From NCBI GenBank assembly GCA_045806525.1, contig JBJMJD010000087.1:22814-86813 (forward strand): DNA of 64,000 nt, given 5' to 3'. Positions within the stretch are counted from its first letter, which is position 1. Each line of letters opens with the position of its first letter. Below are positions 62,605-64,000 of the stretch, piece after piece. A model generated the notes under the pieces. The model saw only the letters and a program-made list of their open reading frames with translations. It did not search any database and was not told the origin of the DNA. Origin of the DNA: Gaiellales bacterium. Lineage in GTDB: Bacteria; Actinomycetota; Thermoleophilia; Gaiellales; JAICJC01. The translations under genes and the position numbers were made by a program.

Positions 62605-64000
62605 ATGAGCGGCGGCGGCGAAGGGGAGCGGCCGGCAAGTTTCCAGCATCTGGTCGACACGATGCCGGGGGCGGTCTTCCTGCGCGACCAGGCGGCCGTG
62701 GCCGAGCGGCGGATGAGCTACGTCAGCCCGCAGGCCGAGCGGGTGACGGGCGTTTCGGCGTGGCGCTGGCTGGCGCCGGATGCGCTGGACGTGCTGGGTG
62801 AGTTCCTGGACGAGCCGACGCTGGCGGAGCACCGCGCCCGGGCGGACGCGGCCGCCGAGCGGGATGAGTTGTTCGACGCCGTCTACCGGATCCGCGGCGA
62901 CGACGACCGCATCCGCTGGGTGCGGCACCACAGCGTGGTGCTGCCGGACACGCCCCACACGCGGATCGGGTTCTGGCTGGACGTGACCGAGAACCGCTAT
63001 CACGACATGGTGGAGGGGCTGCCGGCGATCGTGGCCGTGCTGGATATGCATACCGACGAGGCGCTGTTTGTGAACCCGCAGGTGGAGCGGATCACGGGCA
63101 TGCCGCCCGCCTACTGGACGCGCCCGGGCGGCCTGGACGAGTTCCGCAGGCGTGTGCATCCCGACGACTACCCGCAGCAGGGCGGCCTGCCGCGGTTCGG
63201 GCGAACCCGGTCGGCCGAGTTCCGCTGGATCCGGCCGGACGGCCGAACGCGCTGGCTGCGAACAGTCTCGGCGATGCTGCCCGGCACCGACGGTCTGGTG
63301 CAGGCGCTGGCGTTCGACGTGACCGCCGAGATGCGGGCGGCGGAGGGGCTGGCCCAGCAGCGACACCGCTACCAGACGCTGGTCGAGCAGCTGCCCGTGG
63401 CCACCTTTGTGACCGACGCGGAGGGCGTGCTGACCTACATCAGCCCGCAGATCGAGCCGATCCTGGGCCTGACGCCGGAGCAGCTGATCGGCATGAGCGC
63501 CGAGGCGCGCCAGAGCTTTGTGGTCGAGGAGGACCGGCCGCTGATGGAGCGGGCCGGCGGGCGGCTGTACCGGGGCGAGACCGACCGCTATGACATCCAG
63601 CTGCGGATGCGAAACGCCGACGGGCGCACCCGGCATGTGCACATGATCGCGCGCGATCTGCGCGACGGTGAGGGGGCACGCTTGGCGCTGCAGGGGGTGA
63701 TCGTTGATGTGACCGACCAGCGGGTGGCGGAGCAGCGGCGTCGCGAGGCGCTGGAGGCGCTGGTGACGGCGGCGGAAGCCGAGCAGACGCGGATCTCGGC
63801 CGAGCTGCACGACGACACGGTGCAGGTGATGACGGCGATGCTGATGCAGATCCGCCGGCTGGGCGGCGACGACCCGAGGTTGGCAGAGTTGGAGACGATG
63901 CTGGCTGCCGCGCTCGACCGCACGCGGCGGCTGATGTTCGAGCTGCGGCCGCAGGTGCTGCAGCGGGCGGGGCTGGCGGCGGCGATCCAGGAGCTGGCTG
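62605..64000 (+). CDS. Sensor histidine kinase with three PAS-like modules and a HisKA_3 dimerisation domain (3' end truncated by window)
   Basis: The frame is open from ATG 62605 to the window end; I translated it by hand because it is not in the ORF track (it has no stop). Repeated PAS endings (WLDVTE, AFDVTA, IVDVTD). H-box EQTRISAELHDDTVQ. Confidence 0.8.
   Translation, partial: MSGGGEGERPASFQHLVDTMPGAVFLRDQAAVAERRMSYVSPQAERVTGVSAWRWLAPDALDVLGEFLDEPTLAEHRARADAAAERDELFDAVYRIRGDDDRIRWVRHHSVVLPDTPHTRIGFWLDVTENRYHDMVEGLPAIVAVLDMHTDEALFVNPQVERITGMPPAYWTRPGGLDEFRRRVHPDDYPQQGGLPRFGRTRSAEFRWIRPDGRTRWLRTVSAMLPGTDGLVQALAFDVTAEMRAAEGLAQQRHRYQTLVEQLPVATFVTDAEGVLTYISPQIEPILGLTPEQLIGMSAEARQSFVVEEDRPLMERAGGRLYRGETDRYDIQLRMRNADGRTRHVHMIARDLRDGEGARLALQGVIVDVTDQRVAEQRRREALEALVTAAEAEQTRISAELHDDTVQVMTAMLMQIRRLGGDDPRLAELETMLAAALDRTRRLMFELRPQVLQRAGLAAAIQELA

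Overview
This is a very GC-rich window (judged by eye, not computed) that looks like actinobacterial chromosome. It is almost fully coding: about 70 CDS, one tRNA-Leu(CAG) and two decayed gene relics. I saw no rRNA, CRISPR array, transposase or integrase.

**Left part (1-17.6 kb)**
- A broken adenylate-cyclase/AAA regulator.
- An NAD-type formate dehydrogenase locus. Its catalytic subunit carries an in-frame TGA followed by a SECIS-like hairpin, which points to selenocysteine. Its alpha subunit is split into two genes in permuted order around a NuoE-NuoF fusion.
- A secreted protein and an arrestin-like protein.
- Spermidine-synthase-like, DsbA-like, VOC, photolyase, Fe-ADH and PAS-GGDEF genes.

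**Middle part (17.6-38.9 kb): an accessory catabolic region**
- A 12-gene minus-strand operon in which 10 of 11 junctions overlap. It joins a glutamine-synthetase-like ligase, two P450s, a Rieske ferredoxin and a small nucleotidyltransferase to a homoprotocatechuate-type meta-cleavage set (HpaB, extradiol dioxygenase, aldehyde dehydrogenase, FAH), plus SDR, acetoacetate-decarboxylase-family and ABM-like genes.
- Satellite modules: CMD-FAH, GntR-amidohydrolase facing an APC permease, and MarR-APC permease-PuuD-like hydrolase-aminotransferase.
- The region ends at tRNA-Leu.

**Right part (39-64 kb): mostly core genes**
- CoA-transferase, bcp, an NhaA-DsbA fusion and hemQ.
- An orphan TadE-TadE-TadE::NlpC/P60 trio.
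- uvrC-(no rapZ)-yvcK-whiA, then a structured roughly 210-nt leader, then gap-pgk-tpiA-gpmI.
- An ECF sigma factor, M48 protease, argS and a triple-PAS histidine kinase that is cut by the window end.

**Most notable leads**
- The hybrid gamma-glutamylation/P450/ring-cleavage operon.
- The Sec-recoded, split and permuted FDH with a possible attenuator.
- The structured whiA-gap leader.
- The pseudopilin-tethered NlpC/P60 protein.

All functional calls come from reading motifs in the supplied translations. No database search was run.
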